Shown here piece by piece: positions 63,844-64,000 of a DNA stretch of 64,000 nucleotides; the stretch's first letter is position 1; each line of letters starts with the position of its first letter. Source of the DNA: Mobula hypostoma (lineage: Eukaryota). The notes beneath the pieces are model-generated. The model was given only the letters and a program-made list of their open reading frames with translations, searched no databases and was not told where the DNA came from. The translations under genes were made by a program, and so were the position numbers. The stretch lies in assembly GCF_963921235.1 (NCBI RefSeq), contig NW_026948142.1:1-64000 (forward strand). Direction: 5' to 3'.

Positions 63844-63849
63844 TTCGGT

Positions 63850-64000
63850 AGTTAAGGTGGTGAACATGTGGCCAGTCAGGTGGTAAAGTGGTAACAGTGA
63901 GAAGAGGGCATGTCCTAGGCAATGGGGGTCCTTAATAATGGACACCACCACCTTTCTGAGGTACCGCTCCACGAAGAAGTCTTGCATACTACAGAGGCCA
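63850..64000 (-). mobile_element. Rex1/Babar-like ORF-end fragment
   Basis: Minus strand attattaaggacccccattgcctaggacatgccctcttctcactgttacca reads IIKDPHCLGHALFSLLP. Confidence 0.6.

Overview
Eukaryotic, repeat-saturated DNA, most likely from a cartilaginous fish (shark or ray). That is inferred from the HE1-like V-SINE and the mix of CR1, Rex1/Babar and Penelope-like elements. Bases 1 to about 39,420 are one uninterrupted head-to-tail satellite with a 31-bp monomer (consensus CTGCAGACTGTCCTGTGTTTTCACTGAGTTC), arranged in irregular higher-order units of mostly 44 or 48 monomers. All ORFs called there are artefacts of the repeat. Bases 40,100-64,000 are a deeply nested transposon pile: many CR1 LINEs (one near full length), Rex1/Babar and L1 fragments, a split V-SINE, a solo LTR, a Tc1/pogo-type MITE and four Penelope-like element (PLE) pieces. 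Main findings: (1) three minimal hammerhead ribozyme motifs in PLE termini; (2) two PLE insertions share a 14-bp TSD and an inverted-terminus architecture, and in one the inverted arm starts at the predicted ribozyme cut site; (3) the satellite monomer matches the PLE sequence just downstream of the ribozyme (22/31 ungapped), suggesting a PLE origin; (4) a canonical U_UUA_AAC -1 slippery site joins CR1 ORF1 to an AUG-less ORF2; (5) weak evidence for minus-strand spliced exons ending next to the satellite. No intact host protein-coding gene could be identified.
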